Origin: Porphyridium purpureum
Lineage: Eukaryota
Assembly (NCBI GenBank): GCA_008690995.1
Contig: VRMN01000003.1
Coordinates: 1,674,001 to 1,738,000, forward strand
Direction of reading: 5' to 3'
DNA length: 64,000 nucleotides
Positions 31,751 through 42,100 of the stretch are shown piece after piece. Position numbers and translations under genes: made by a program. The notes below the pieces were generated by a model. The model searched no databases. It had not been told where the DNA came from and worked only from the letters and a program-made list of their open reading frames with translations. Position 1 is the first letter of the stretch, and every line of letters starts with the position of its first letter.

Positions 31751-33457
31751 ATGAGTGAGTGTGGAGGAAGGGGTGTGGTGGTCGTGGTCGTGGTGGGTAT
31801 GAAGGGGAGGGAGGTGGATTCCCAGGGGGGAAGAGGAGATCGGGAGAAGATGGGCGTCGGGGAATTGGGCGCGGTGGTAGAAGGGCGAGTGAGACGCGCG
31901 GAGAGTGTGTTTTCGGACGCGCAGGATTATGACGTGTTGGTGGTAGGAGCTGGCGTGGCGGGCGCGTCGCTGGCCACCGTGTTGGCGAGGGACGGACGTA
32001 GCGTGCTCCTCGTTGAGCGGGATCTCGCCGAGCAGTCTCGAATTGTCGGCGAGCTGCTTCAGCCGGGAGGCGTCCGAAAGCTGGTTGAGCTCGGCCTCGA
32101 GCAGTCGCTCGAAAGTATTGATTCTCAGCCAGTGTACGGCTATGGCATTTTCCTAGAACCCAAGCGGATGTGCATCCGCTACAAAGAGCAGGCAAGCGCA
32201 AACAACGGCGGCACAGATGGCTGGACGCAAGCCACCCGCAAGGATGATGTGGAGCGGTCTTCCGGGGCCGAGGCGCCAGAATTACCACGTTCTAGCGAAT
32301 TCGAGCATCCTGCAGATGCGGTTGGTCCGACAACAACGCCGAGAATCGCTGGCAGGTCGTTCCACAATGGCAGGTTTGTTCAGAGGTTGAGAGAACTGGC
32401 TGCTGCGGAGCAGAATGTAACGCTGGTACAGGGTAACGTGGTGGAGTTGGTCGAAGAGCGTGTTGCAGGTGCGGGAACCAGACGGGTCATAGGTGTCAAG
32501 CTGATGGATGACGAAAAGAAAGAGCATGTTGCGCGCGCAAAGCTTACCATTGCGTGTGATGGGTGTTCGTCTCGCCTGCGCAAGCAGGTGAACCCAGCCG
32601 CCGAGTACGACGTCTTTTCCCAGTTCGTCGGTCTGGTGTTGAAGAACGTAGACATGCCGTTCCCGAAGCACGGCCACGTGATTCTTGGGGACAGGGCGCC
32701 CGTGCTGTTTTACCAGATCTCGTCCACAGAAGTGCGATGTCTGGTGGACGTTCCAGCCAGTGCGCGAAGCTCAAAGGACTTTCGTTTGCGTGACTATTTG
32801 ATGAATGTAGTACTGCCCCAGGTGCCCATTGAATTCCAAGCACCGTTTGAGCGCGCTGTGACGGAAGATCAACTTCGATCCATGCCGAATCGTGTGATGC
32901 CGGCCAATCCCACAGAAGTACCTGGTGCGCTGCTTTTGGGAGACTCATTCAACATGCGGCATCCACTGACAGGCGGGGGAATGACAGTGGCTCTGTCTGA
33001 CGTCGCTCTTTTGCGGCGCGTATTAACGAACATTGTGGATCTCGGTGATGACGTTGCGCTTCGAAGCGCTCTTGACGTTTTCTACAGAACTCGGAGAGAA
33101 CACTCGAGCACGATCAACATTTTGGCCAACGCGCTGTATTCAGTGTTTTGTGCATCCGACGATGCGTCTCTTACGTACATGCGCGATGCTTGCTTTGACT
33201 ATTTAAGTAGCGGCGGACGGCGGAGTACCGACCCGGTCTCTATGCTGGGGGGCCTGAACGGGAGTACGACGCTCTTGGTGATGCACTTCTTTGCCGTGGC
33301 GGTGTACGGCTGCGGGCGCGTGTTATTTCCCTTTCCGACGCCACGCCGACTCGCCACGAGTTGGCAGCTTTTTCGTTCAGCGTTCAACATTGTCAAGCCG
33401 TTGATTGATGCTGAAAAGGCCACGTTTTTGAGCTGGATTCCAATTTCCCGCATTTAG
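31751..33457 (+). CDS. ERG1: Squalene epoxidase (squalene monooxygenase)
   Basis: DVLVVGAGVAG, RIVGELLQPGG, GRSFHNGRFVQRLR, ACDGCSSRLR, LLGDSFNMRHPLTGGGMTVAL, INILANALY. Start uncertain (31751, 31799 or 31850). Confidence 0.95.
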   Translation: MSECGGRGVVVVVVVGMKGREVDSQGGRGDREKMGVGELGAVVEGRVRRAESVFSDAQDYDVLVVGAGVAGASLATVLARDGRSVLLVERDLAEQSRIVGELLQPGGVRKLVELGLEQSLESIDSQPVYGYGIFLEPKRMCIRYKEQASANNGGTDGWTQATRKDDVERSSGAEAPELPRSSEFEHPADAVGPTTTPRIAGRSFHNGRFVQRLRELAAAEQNVTLVQGNVVELVEERVAGAGTRRVIGVKLMDDEKKEHVARAKLTIACDGCSSRLRKQVNPAAEYDVFSQFVGLVLKNVDMPFPKHGHVILGDRAPVLFYQISSTEVRCLVDVPASARSSKDFRLRDYLMNVVLPQVPIEFQAPFERAVTEDQLRSMPNRVMPANPTEVPGALLLGDSFNMRHPLTGGGMTVALSDVALLRRVLTNIVDLGDDVALRSALDVFYRTRREHSSTINILANALYSVFCASDDASLTYMRDACFDYLSSGGRRSTDPVSMLGGLNGSTTLLVMHFFAVAVYGCGRVLFPFPTPRRLATSWQLFRSAFNIVKPLIDAEKATFLSWIPISRI

Positions 33458-33676
33458 GAAGAATGTGGTGTGCCATGATAAGGTGAGCGAGGGCACACCA
33501 AACAACTTTTGTGATCGTGCAGAGTAAATGTTCCCCTGCCCCCCTGAAAGAAAGCTGTGAAGAGTGGGTGTGCAAGAATGAGACGCTATTTAATACGCGT
33601 CATCCAGTCTCGTCAGGAGTTCCATCTCTGTGCCACCGTTGAACCATCCGCGCAAAACACACGCGCCGGCTCGTCC

Positions 33677-35530
33677 TCATTCTCCAAGCCCTTTGGCTAT
33701 GATTTCCGCAAGCAAAGACTCTTCAATCTCCCCCGTGAAAGACGGTTTGCTCTGTACGTACATTGCGTCATCCAGGGGCGCGAATTCCTTCCGCTTCTCC
33801 TGCATGTCGGACCGGTAGTCGTCGAGTTCAAGGCACGTGACGTCCTCGAGAAACAAAGCAAAATCAATCTCAGACGCGCGCTCATAATTCTTGCAAGAGG
33901 ACTCGAGCCATTGGGTTTTAACCACAAAGGTTCTTCCGCTGTTTCGCGCGGTATTCGTCTTTGCCGTTTCCTTCCCACGTACCTCGTCTGCCACTAAATG
34001 TGTGACGGCAGGTCCTAAGCTCTTCACAGGAAGGGCACCGAACCGACGCGCAGCGCGCCATGCCCAGGCAGATTCTGCCGGAGCGTCACTGGGATACACC
34101 CCGGTGAATGCCAAAACACATCCGCTGAGGACCTCGCCACGTATCTGCATCATAATCTGCTTTACATCGGCATCTTCCTTTTCACAAGCGTAGTAGCGTT
34201 TGTGACATTCTTCCAATACCTCCGCCAGCCGAGCTAAATGCAGGTTATCTTCTTTGTCCGATGCAAACCAATTTCGAACACGACTGCACAGACACTCGGT
34301 AGCAGCACCCTCAGACGGGGTATCAAGAACGCTGCCATCGTCTCCCATACGCACTCGCTTGGCGGGAGGCACGACGCCAGCGTCAGCCTCAGTTGCCGGC
34401 TGGAATCCTTGTGCGGTTCGGTCATATGCTTCTTCAAGCCCTGAGAAGAACGCGTACGGTGATGCCTGAATCAAATTCTCAATGGGCTCTTGCGGAACTT
34501 TGAATTGAGCTGAGCGGCCCAGTACGTTCGAAGACCGGGATGTCGACTGCGCAGAAGCCACATCCGCACACCAAACGTCATCTCGATCATCCACAATTAA
34601 GACCATGCTGTCATCACACGGAAACACACGGCGCAGGTTCTTTTGATTCAGCGCACCTTCCTTGAAATCCTCTCGCGACACAATACGGCCCTGGAAAAAC
34701 TTTTTTGTTGGATCGATAATGCGCGCAATAGCGTCAGCGTAAGCGCGCGTGCCCATCGTATAAATATGGAGCTCAAACTTTTTCACAAGCCTGCTGAGAA
34801 ATTCGGCCAGACCGGGTCGCAGCTTGACGTACATGGTCTCCTGTACAGCGCCGCCAAGAATCGGGAATGTGTGTATATCCGATGCGTGCGGTGACTGCTT
34901 GATCCAGTCTGTCTTGTGTCCGCATGGCGCGTCGTCTGCTCCCAGCGCCGCGCGTGCATTAGGGTCATTCGAAGCATGCAGAAGCGTGTGATCAAGATCT
35001 AAGACCAAGTACAGCCGTCGCTCGCTACGCATGCGTCTAGCCGCTTTCTTGCCTACTTCGACTGCTTCCTTGTACGTGACGCTCAGCTCCCCTGCATATG
35101 CCACATCCAAACGCTCCCCGTCCGCCCCGCCAGTCAAATTCAAAGTTGCCGCCATGCGGCGCCTCCTGTTCTTCGTGTCGTCCTGCTCCTCGCCACACGT
35201 GGTGCAAATCCCGCCGTAGATCACGGCGTGCGCACAATACTCAATCGCCGCGAGAACGCACGCATGATCATCAAAACACTGGCCTTCATCCACATCTAAG
35301 CTCTTGATCACTCCCTTGCGAGTCGCGACAAGCTCCACCACGCGCGTAGACGGCAGCGGCGCGGCCGCCCTATCGTGGTGTTGCGCTCGCACGCGCGCGA
35401 GCACGTTGCCCACGCTCACGCTTTGGCCCGCCACCACAAACCATTTCAAAAGCTTCCAACCCGCACTGTGTAAACTCTCCGCGATGGCATCCCGACAGCT
35501 TCCTCGAAGTGTGACGTGTTCGAGCTCCAT
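33677..35530 (-). CDS. FCP1: RNA polymerase II CTD phosphatase (FCP1/CPL type) with C-terminal BRCT
   Basis: CAHAVIYGGICTTCG, LVLDLDHTLLHA, VKLRPGL, LHIYTMGTRAYA, LIVDDRDDVW, BRCT VLSGCVLAFTG...VTHLVA...WLESS. First ATG 35530. Confidence 0.92.
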   Translation of the reverse strand: MELEHVTLRGSCRDAIAESLHSAGWKLLKWFVVAGQSVSVGNVLARVRAQHHDRAAAPLPSTRVVELVATRKGVIKSLDVDEGQCFDDHACVLAAIEYCAHAVIYGGICTTCGEEQDDTKNRRRRMAATLNLTGGADGERLDVAYAGELSVTYKEAVEVGKKAARRMRSERRLYLVLDLDHTLLHASNDPNARAALGADDAPCGHKTDWIKQSPHASDIHTFPILGGAVQETMYVKLRPGLAEFLSRLVKKFELHIYTMGTRAYADAIARIIDPTKKFFQGRIVSREDFKEGALNQKNLRRVFPCDDSMVLIVDDRDDVWCADVASAQSTSRSSNVLGRSAQFKVPQEPIENLIQASPYAFFSGLEEAYDRTAQGFQPATEADAGVVPPAKRVRMGDDGSVLDTPSEGAATECLCSRVRNWFASDKEDNLHLARLAEVLEECHKRYYACEKEDADVKQIMMQIRGEVLSGCVLAFTGVYPSDAPAESAWAWRAARRFGALPVKSLGPAVTHLVADEVRGKETAKTNTARNSGRTFVVKTQWLESSCKNYERASEIDFALFLEDVTCLELDDYRSDMQEKRKEFAPLDDAMYVQSKPSFTGEIEESLLAEIIAKGLGE

Positions 35531-36896
35531 GCTCCATCTTCCGCACGGCTCCTGCCCGTTTCCGCTCACGCTGTCACCTTCGTAACCCTTTTACGCTCGC
35601 CCTTGTCAATACGTTTACGTGACTTCACATGTCTGGCAAACTAAGGAGGTCATCCTGTGCGGCGTCAGGCGGTCTGAGCGCGATGCTTTGGCAATGCGCG
35701 TTTCCTCCGCGGTGAGCTTTTGGTGCCGGAATCGCCTTGGATGTCGTGCAACACATGTGTGTACCTGTTCCGGTCGCTCGCCTCTGAGATTGAAGTCTCT
35801 CGGAAGGCGCAAGGACACTGGCCCCGCTTTTCGTGATCGATGCGCGCGTGTTTGTAAATGAGAGTGCTGCGTGAATGACGGTGCTGTAAAATCTGCCTCA
35901 GACGGCCTGGACATGCAAGTGGATCGGTTCCATGCGGCGCGCAAGGTCATCGCCGAGTCGAATTTGATGTGAGCAGACTTCACATTGGTGCGAGACTGGC
36001 TCCTCCCAGTGCCAGAAAGCATGCCATGGTCATCGAGAAACCTTGCTTCCGTCGCGTGCCATCCTTCCATCACACCAACCAATTCGGTCCCGTGACTGCT
36101 AAGTCTGGCAGAACACTTGCCAGTGAACGAACCGGGCAACTGTGATGCGCAAACTACATGATGTTCCGACAGTCAACGAATGAAACCGTGCCGTACTTCA
36201 CGTACGGGAGTGAGAAGCCTGTCCACAACTGCTTGCTCGGATGCACACTCTCATAGAACGCAAGCCTTCCGTTCTCCCGAAAAAGCTGCACACGGGTCTC
36301 AACATACACATGCTCGAGTTTGAGTACCACCTCTCCGCGGGCAGGTTGAAAGTCTGGTCCCAAGTGAGCAAAGCCAAGACGAGCCGGCGACGACACGAAT
36401 AATGTCTTCTCTGTGCGCGCGTTCATGGCAATAAAATTAGGCGCGTGTTGTCTGGGCCGTTTGTTGGGCGAAGGAAGCAGGTTCCACGCTCAATTTACTC
36501 ACGACCATTACTTCCATGATACCGATGGGCCCACCTCCGACCAGGTTGCGAAATCCTTCACCAATGCTACGGCGTAAGGGTGGAAGGAGCACGAGCCGAG
36601 TTCCGAAAGCGCGATTGACGGCTCGTCTTGAGCGAGTACATATCGACAAGTCACAATCGAGTTTCGCACGACTGGCACTTCTGAATCAGAAATTGAAAAG
36701 CAGAAGTGATTCCCAGACAGCGGCCAGCCCTGACACAGCGAATCGCCGCGTGCGTGATGCTGGAAGCGCTCGTCGTAGACTCGGTGTTTCGTGCTTATCA
36801 CGGGGCGCAAGGCACACTGATCAAATAGAACTCTTGCGCGGTCACGGAGAAGTGTGTCGAGTCGCATGACAGGCCGTTTCTGCTGGTGTCCGTAGA

Positions 36897-38252
36897 ATGA
36901 GTATTCTTGTTGTGGGTGGTGGCTTTGCCGGGATAACTGCGTGCATTGAACTTGCAGAGCTCAGTCGCGGGCTAGGTCCAGACAGCGCTGCACTGAACGT
37001 CACTTTGGTGGACTGTAAAAGCTATTTCGAATGGCAACCATCGAAGCTACGATGCCTGATAGAACCTAATCACGCGTGGTATACGTGCATTCCGATTCAG
37101 CACATTGTGACACAGCTTGCGCATTCCAAGATAGTGTTCCGCGTTGAAATCGATCGCGTGGTCGAACTTGACGAGCTCCAAAAGGTCGCTGTGCTGGGGT
37201 CGGGTAAGCGGCTTGTGTTTGACCAGTGCATTTTGGCCACTGGGTCCCAATTTCACGAGCCTATCACTCCTGGAGCTGCGGCCTTTGCAGGGGCAGCAAA
37301 TGCACATGGCATTGCCGAGCGGGTCGCCGAGTACGCTGGGTGGAGGCGCCGCATTGAAAGCGCATCACATGTGGTCATTGTTGGCGCCGGTTTTGTCGGG
37401 GTTGAGCTGACTGCGGAGATCGCGCACGCCTTTCCGGAAAAACGGATCAGCCTGGTTGCCTCCGATGATCGGGTTCTGCCCCGCATGCCGCGACGAGCAT
37501 CCAGACTGGCCCAGCAATGGATGCTGGAAAAGAAAGTTTCGATCTTGTTCAGTACGAGACTCGAAGTTGATCCGCTATCTCGTCCTGCACTGGATGGCCA
37601 GCCAATGCGGCTGAAAGTTTCAGGGTCGGATCAAGTTATCGAGTGCGATGAAGCGTTTTGGTGCCTAGGCGGCTCACCCGCGATCGAATACACTACAGCG
37701 CTCCGACGAAACAACGCGAAAATCCTCCAGACCACGAACGCGATGGAGCTTATCTTGTGCACCCCAGAGGGAACTTGTACACGACTGCCTCATATTTTTG
37801 CGGTTGGTGATGCGGCCCAGCTTGCGAGCAAGAGCCATCCGGGCGAATATATGGCATACATGGCCGAGAGCCAGGCCAAAGTGGTAGCGATGAATGCATT
37901 CTCCCACATACATTCTTCAGCAAACGCGGGCAGCGCAAATGTTTCAAAGAGGCGGACGGTTCAATTTCCACGAGACATGCCTGGAGTTCGGCGGTTCCGA
38001 GCGTCCGATGAGCTCCCGCTTTTGCAGGTCGTCAGCCTTGGCCCACGTTGTGCGATCGTGCGGCTGGACTGGCTCGTGTTCAGTGGCCCGCTCGCCGCGC
38101 TTGTGAAGTGGGCCATTGAGGCTCTGTCCGTGCACGGCTACAGGCACCCATGGTCCATGGTGCGGCGCATCTTTTACTGGTTGGAACTGGCCACCATGCT
38201 GGTTGTGAATCTGCTTGCGCGAGTTGATGCGCTCGTGCCATTCAAACCCTAA
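36897..38252 (+). CDS. AIF/AMID/FSP1-like FAD-dependent NAD(P)H oxidoreductase
   Basis: ILVVGGGFAG, ILATGS, VVIVGAGFVGVELTAEI, HIFAVGD, VVSLGP. Confidence 0.85.
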   Translation: MSILVVGGGFAGITACIELAELSRGLGPDSAALNVTLVDCKSYFEWQPSKLRCLIEPNHAWYTCIPIQHIVTQLAHSKIVFRVEIDRVVELDELQKVAVLGSGKRLVFDQCILATGSQFHEPITPGAAAFAGAANAHGIAERVAEYAGWRRRIESASHVVIVGAGFVGVELTAEIAHAFPEKRISLVASDDRVLPRMPRRASRLAQQWMLEKKVSILFSTRLEVDPLSRPALDGQPMRLKVSGSDQVIECDEAFWCLGGSPAIEYTTALRRNNAKILQTTNAMELILCTPEGTCTRLPHIFAVGDAAQLASKSHPGEYMAYMAESQAKVVAMNAFSHIHSSANAGSANVSKRRTVQFPRDMPGVRRFRASDELPLLQVVSLGPRCAIVRLDWLVFSGPLAALVKWAIEALSVHGYRHPWSMVRRIFYWLELATMLVVNLLARVDALVPFKP

Positions 38253-38429
38253 TGCTGACACACCGGTGCAGGCGTGGAAGGACGGGTGGTTGTGGGTTTG
38301 GATGGTTTGGGTTCGGGATTTGGTCATTGCGCACTGGTGAGATGTTCCATCTGCGTCGAACATGTCCGGGGCCGTGTAGAGGCACGTGACAGACTCGGTC
38401 TGTGCCCACTTGTTGCCTCACAAGTAGAG

Positions 38430-39431
38430 ATGGTGACCACGATGTTGTCGGTGATGCCGGCCAGAATCGGCTGGCTGGGGCTCGGGAATATGGGCATGCC
38501 CATGGTTGCGAATTTGGTCAAGCACGGCGGTGGAATTCAGTCCGTGAGTGTGTTTGACGCTGATGGCGGAAAGCGAGACGCAGCACTGAAGGAGCTGAGT
38601 GGCGTGCGCAAAGGTGTCACGGTGTCAACCGCAGTCTCTGTGCGCGATTTGGTGGCGAACGGCAGGTGCAATGTTGTGTTTTCCATGCTGCCAGACGGCG
38701 CGGCCATGAATGACTGCGTGGCGCTGCTAACGGAGGCCGGGGCCTCAGCTTCTCCTGGAGGTTTGGCACTCATGGTGGACTGCAGTACCGTGCACCCCAA
38801 TGACGCACAGCGCGCGGCCGCGGCATTGAACAAAGTGTCCGTTTCTTTTGTAGACGCACCTGTGAGCGGCGGGATCCAAGCCGCAAAGGATGGTACGCTC
38901 AGTTTTTTGGTCGGTGGGTCAGTACACGTGCTCGATGCTGCCCGACCGTTTCTGCAAAGTATGGGTCGCAAAATCTTGCATTGTGGTGAACAACCAGGGC
39001 TGGGACAAGCTGCGAAACTCGCGAATAATTTGCTTCTGGGCATCACCATGGCGGGTCTATGTGAGTCGTTTGTGCTTGGCTCCCGCTTAGGTTTAGAGCC
39101 AAAAGTTCTCTCCGAGGTGTTCAATGCATCTTCTGGTCGTTGCTGGAGCTCTGAAAAGTATTGCCCGGTGAAAGGCGTTATGAGTTCGGTGCCGGCGAAT
39201 GCGGATTACAAAACTGGCTTTGCTGCGCGTCTCATGCTAAAAGACCTACGTCTGGCGATGGATGCCGCTAAGGCTCGTGGCGTGGATCATGAGGGGAGCG
39301 ACTCGCGAAAGTTGAGACTGCCCCTCGGCGAGGCTGCGCTAGAGCAGTACGTACAACTTGCCAGCCAACATCCAAATCTCGATTTCAGTGCTTTATACAA
39401 ATATTTGTTTGATGAAGAAGGCAAAAGATGA
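38430..39431 (+). CDS. HIBADH: 3-hydroxyisobutyrate dehydrogenase
   Basis: IGWLGLGNMGMPMVANL, SMLP, VDCSTV, VDAPVSGG, GQAAKLANN, SSGRCWSS, GFAARLMLKDL. First ATG 38430. Confidence 0.92.
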   Translation: MVTTMLSVMPARIGWLGLGNMGMPMVANLVKHGGGIQSVSVFDADGGKRDAALKELSGVRKGVTVSTAVSVRDLVANGRCNVVFSMLPDGAAMNDCVALLTEAGASASPGGLALMVDCSTVHPNDAQRAAAALNKVSVSFVDAPVSGGIQAAKDGTLSFLVGGSVHVLDAARPFLQSMGRKILHCGEQPGLGQAAKLANNLLLGITMAGLCESFVLGSRLGLEPKVLSEVFNASSGRCWSSEKYCPVKGVMSSVPANADYKTGFAARLMLKDLRLAMDAAKARGVDHEGSDSRKLRLPLGEAALEQYVQLASQHPNLDFSALYKYLFDEEGKR

Positions 39432-39499
39432 ATCATAAAGAGAAGATCACTGCACAGGCGGGCTTCACGTTTGCGGCAGTCGCAGCTCGCGCGGCTCAT

Positions 39500-39955
39500 T
39501 CATGGCAGGGTCCGGAAAAACTCCTCGGCTAGCTGGAATAAGTACTTGAATATAAAATATGAGAGCCAAACTGCGACGCGCACAAGCGCAGACTTGTCCT
39601 GCCCACCCATATCCAACACCGCGCCCGAGCCGTCTGCTGCGTCGTGGGCGTCTGGATCGAGCGGCGGCCGCACGGTCCACAGCAAGACCGCGCCTGTGAT
39701 TACTAGCGCCACCTGCAGCAACACGACTTTTCTAGCATCTGAACGCGTACTGCTGGCTTCATCCGGCGCCTCGTCACCCAGCTCTCCGTCGCCGGGCTTT
39801 CTGCTCGCCGAGCAGCGAACGCACGCGCGGTGCGATTGCGCCTTTCGAATTGTCGGCGCGCGCCCGAATCGAAAAACTTGCCCCTGCGGCGTCGGCAAGA
39901 TGCCGTTCTGCAGCAACGGCGGCGCACAAGATGCCAGGAAACCCCATGCGAGCAT
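39500..39955 (-). CDS. Small hypothetical membrane protein, possibly plastid-targeted
   Basis: MLAWGFLAS start, basic presequence ending in VRCSA, two hydrophobic segments. Start uncertain. Confidence 0.5.
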   Translation of the reverse strand: MLAWGFLASCAPPLLQNGILPTPQGQVFRFGRAPTIRKAQSHRACVRCSASRKPGDGELGDEAPDEASSTRSDARKVVLLQVALVITGAVLLWTVRPPLDPDAHDAADGSGAVLDMGGQDKSALVRVAVWLSYFIFKYLFQLAEEFFRTLP

Positions 39956-40182
39956 GCATGAGGGACCACTCATCATCAACAGACGACGAACGTACGAGGA
40001 GGAGCGCTCTCGTTCATCTTTGCTGGGAGACCAAGTCTGCGAGTCGTGCGCTCGCAGGCAGAAGCGGCCCATAGTAAAACTTGACGATTTTATCATTAAT
40101 CCGATTTTCACAGAGGGGTCTCTCAGTTTCATGTTCTGTCACTCGTGTACAAGAGGAGCGACGAAGGGAGATGATCACGGGG

Positions 40183-40887
40183 TCACTGGGTCACTTGAGC
40201 TTTGCTCGCCAGGATGACTTCAGTCCTGGGTAACGCCACCACGCGCTCCGTCAATTCAGCATTGCGCTTGGCGAAAACGTATCCATAGAGTATGCGGTAG
40301 ACCACCTTGGGAAGAAATGATGTACCAAAGCCCTTGTAATAAACCGTCTTACCGTCCACCTTATTTTCGCCGCTCTTGATGACTCCATCGACAGGCATCA
40401 TTTCCTCTGCATTCTCCAGCGCAGGCACGGCCACGACACCATAGGGAAGATCACCGCCAGGCAACAAAAAGACAGGCACATTACACTCCTTGCAGCTGAT
40501 GCGATTATTCTTGGTGCCCTCCTTCACAAGCACTACTGCGAGATGATTGAACGCGGCGGGATCGAGCGAAAGATGCGCCGGATACACTGCGATCCAGGGC
40601 GTGAATGGCGCGTACGGCTTGAAATAATCCCTGTATTGATCCTCTGTCTTTGCGTACATGTACTGCTGGTACGCCGTGCAGTCATCGCACTTGCAAATGA
40701 AGCTGTCGACCTTTGCGTAGGGGAACCGGACGCGGCCCGTTACGGCACCACAGCCACAGCGCAACGCCACGGTGCGCTCCGGCGCAACCTCGCGCATTTC
40801 CTTCATGTTTGTATACAGCCAACTACACACCGGCGCGGCCACTCCGGTCACCACAAAGCCGCAAAGAATCAATTTCCACCACTCCAT
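40183..40887 (-). CDS. GFA/CENP-V/Mss4-like Zn-binding protein (DUF6151-like) with N-terminal anchor
   Basis: LRCGCGAVTG, ICKCDDCTAY, ISCKECNVPV, N-terminal hydrophobic helix. The frame is open further upstream to 41190. Confidence 0.7.
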   Translation of the reverse strand: MEWWKLILCGFVVTGVAAPVCSWLYTNMKEMREVAPERTVALRCGCGAVTGRVRFPYAKVDSFICKCDDCTAYQQYMYAKTEDQYRDYFKPYAPFTPWIAVYPAHLSLDPAAFNHLAVVLVKEGTKNNRISCKECNVPVFLLPGGDLPYGVVAVPALENAEEMMPVDGVIKSGENKVDGKTVYYKGFGTSFLPKVVYRILYGYVFAKRNAELTERVVALPRTEVILASKAQVTQ

Positions 40888-42100
40888 CTCCCCTCGGTTA
40901 AATACCCCTTGCGCGATGAACGACAGCACTCCGTTGTGGTTTCCTTTTCTCCTGCACACAACGAAAGCTCCGGCTCTACGTCGAACCTTTCTCTGATGTC
41001 CCAATTGGGCGCCCACCTCTTTAGTGTGGCGAATCAGTTTACAGCAAAACGACAACTTCGTAACCGGTAAGAAGCTTGTATCAGAAAAGCGTCTCATGGC
41101 TGCAAATGCCGGAGCGACACCCGGATGCAGCTCGGTGCGGAGCATGGCCGTGGTGGAGACAGATATGAGCGAATCGAGATTTCCGAACAACTTCTATGGC
41201 GGGTATATTGTACCCATCATCTCGACACATTGACACCACACTCGGCCAATCTATGTGCGCAGCGCAGTGTAGACTAAACCATGTTTCGCTCCGGAACCTT
41301 CCGGGAATGTTAACGAAGCCGACCCTTGCGTTGCGAGAGCCAGTAAGACGACCAGCTCGCCAAACCAAGCGACCGTCTTACTCCCTGCCATTCGAATACC
41401 CAAACAAACCGAGATGTCCACGGTTTCTGGCGGCTGGAAATATACGACAACGTAACCCATCGCAGCTGCCACACGCGTGCATAGTCATATCATGACGCAG
41501 ATACCCTCGCTGCGCCATGCAGCCCATCCAGCATACAACCCATACGCACACCCTCGCAACCGCATCACCCAAATACGTCCACCGCAGCAGCTCTGACGTG
41601 CCCACGTGCCCGCGTGCCCGCGTGCCGTTCCTGACACTTTCACTGTACCCTACGCCCTTTTTCTTTCCACGCCACGTCACTGTACCTTCTTGAATCCAAG
41701 AATCCTCTTTGATTTTGCTATAAAACAACAGCGACTCACATTGATTTTACGTGCGCGTGCTTTTCTACTTGCGGCGCGTGTGTTTGTGTTTGTCTTCTTA
41801 AAAGCGGCTCCTTGTTGTTGATAGCGCGGAAGCGCAGACACGCGAGAACGCGAAAACGCGAAAACCTGAAAACCCAAAAAGCTCGGTCGTGTGTTTCAGC
41901 AGCGTGTGGCGCGAGGAAGCGAGCGTTCCGCGACGTGCTGCGTTTTTCGAAACAGGAGGGCGGGTTGATTGGATGCTGATGAAAAGTTATCAGTATCGGG
42001 CTTGAATTGAGACGCATGTGCATGCAGTACCACGCGTGAGTGCCTCTTTCTCAGGCCGCAGTCGCTTGTCGGCGACGTCTTCGCACGGGGGTCGTGGCGC

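Noticed and set aside
35600..36880. Possible spliced or decayed gene between FCP1 and the AIF-like gene
   Set aside because: Short ORFs with no motif. Trial introns from GTAAT or GTGAGT donors near 36500 to a CAG near 36411 did not yield a long ORF.
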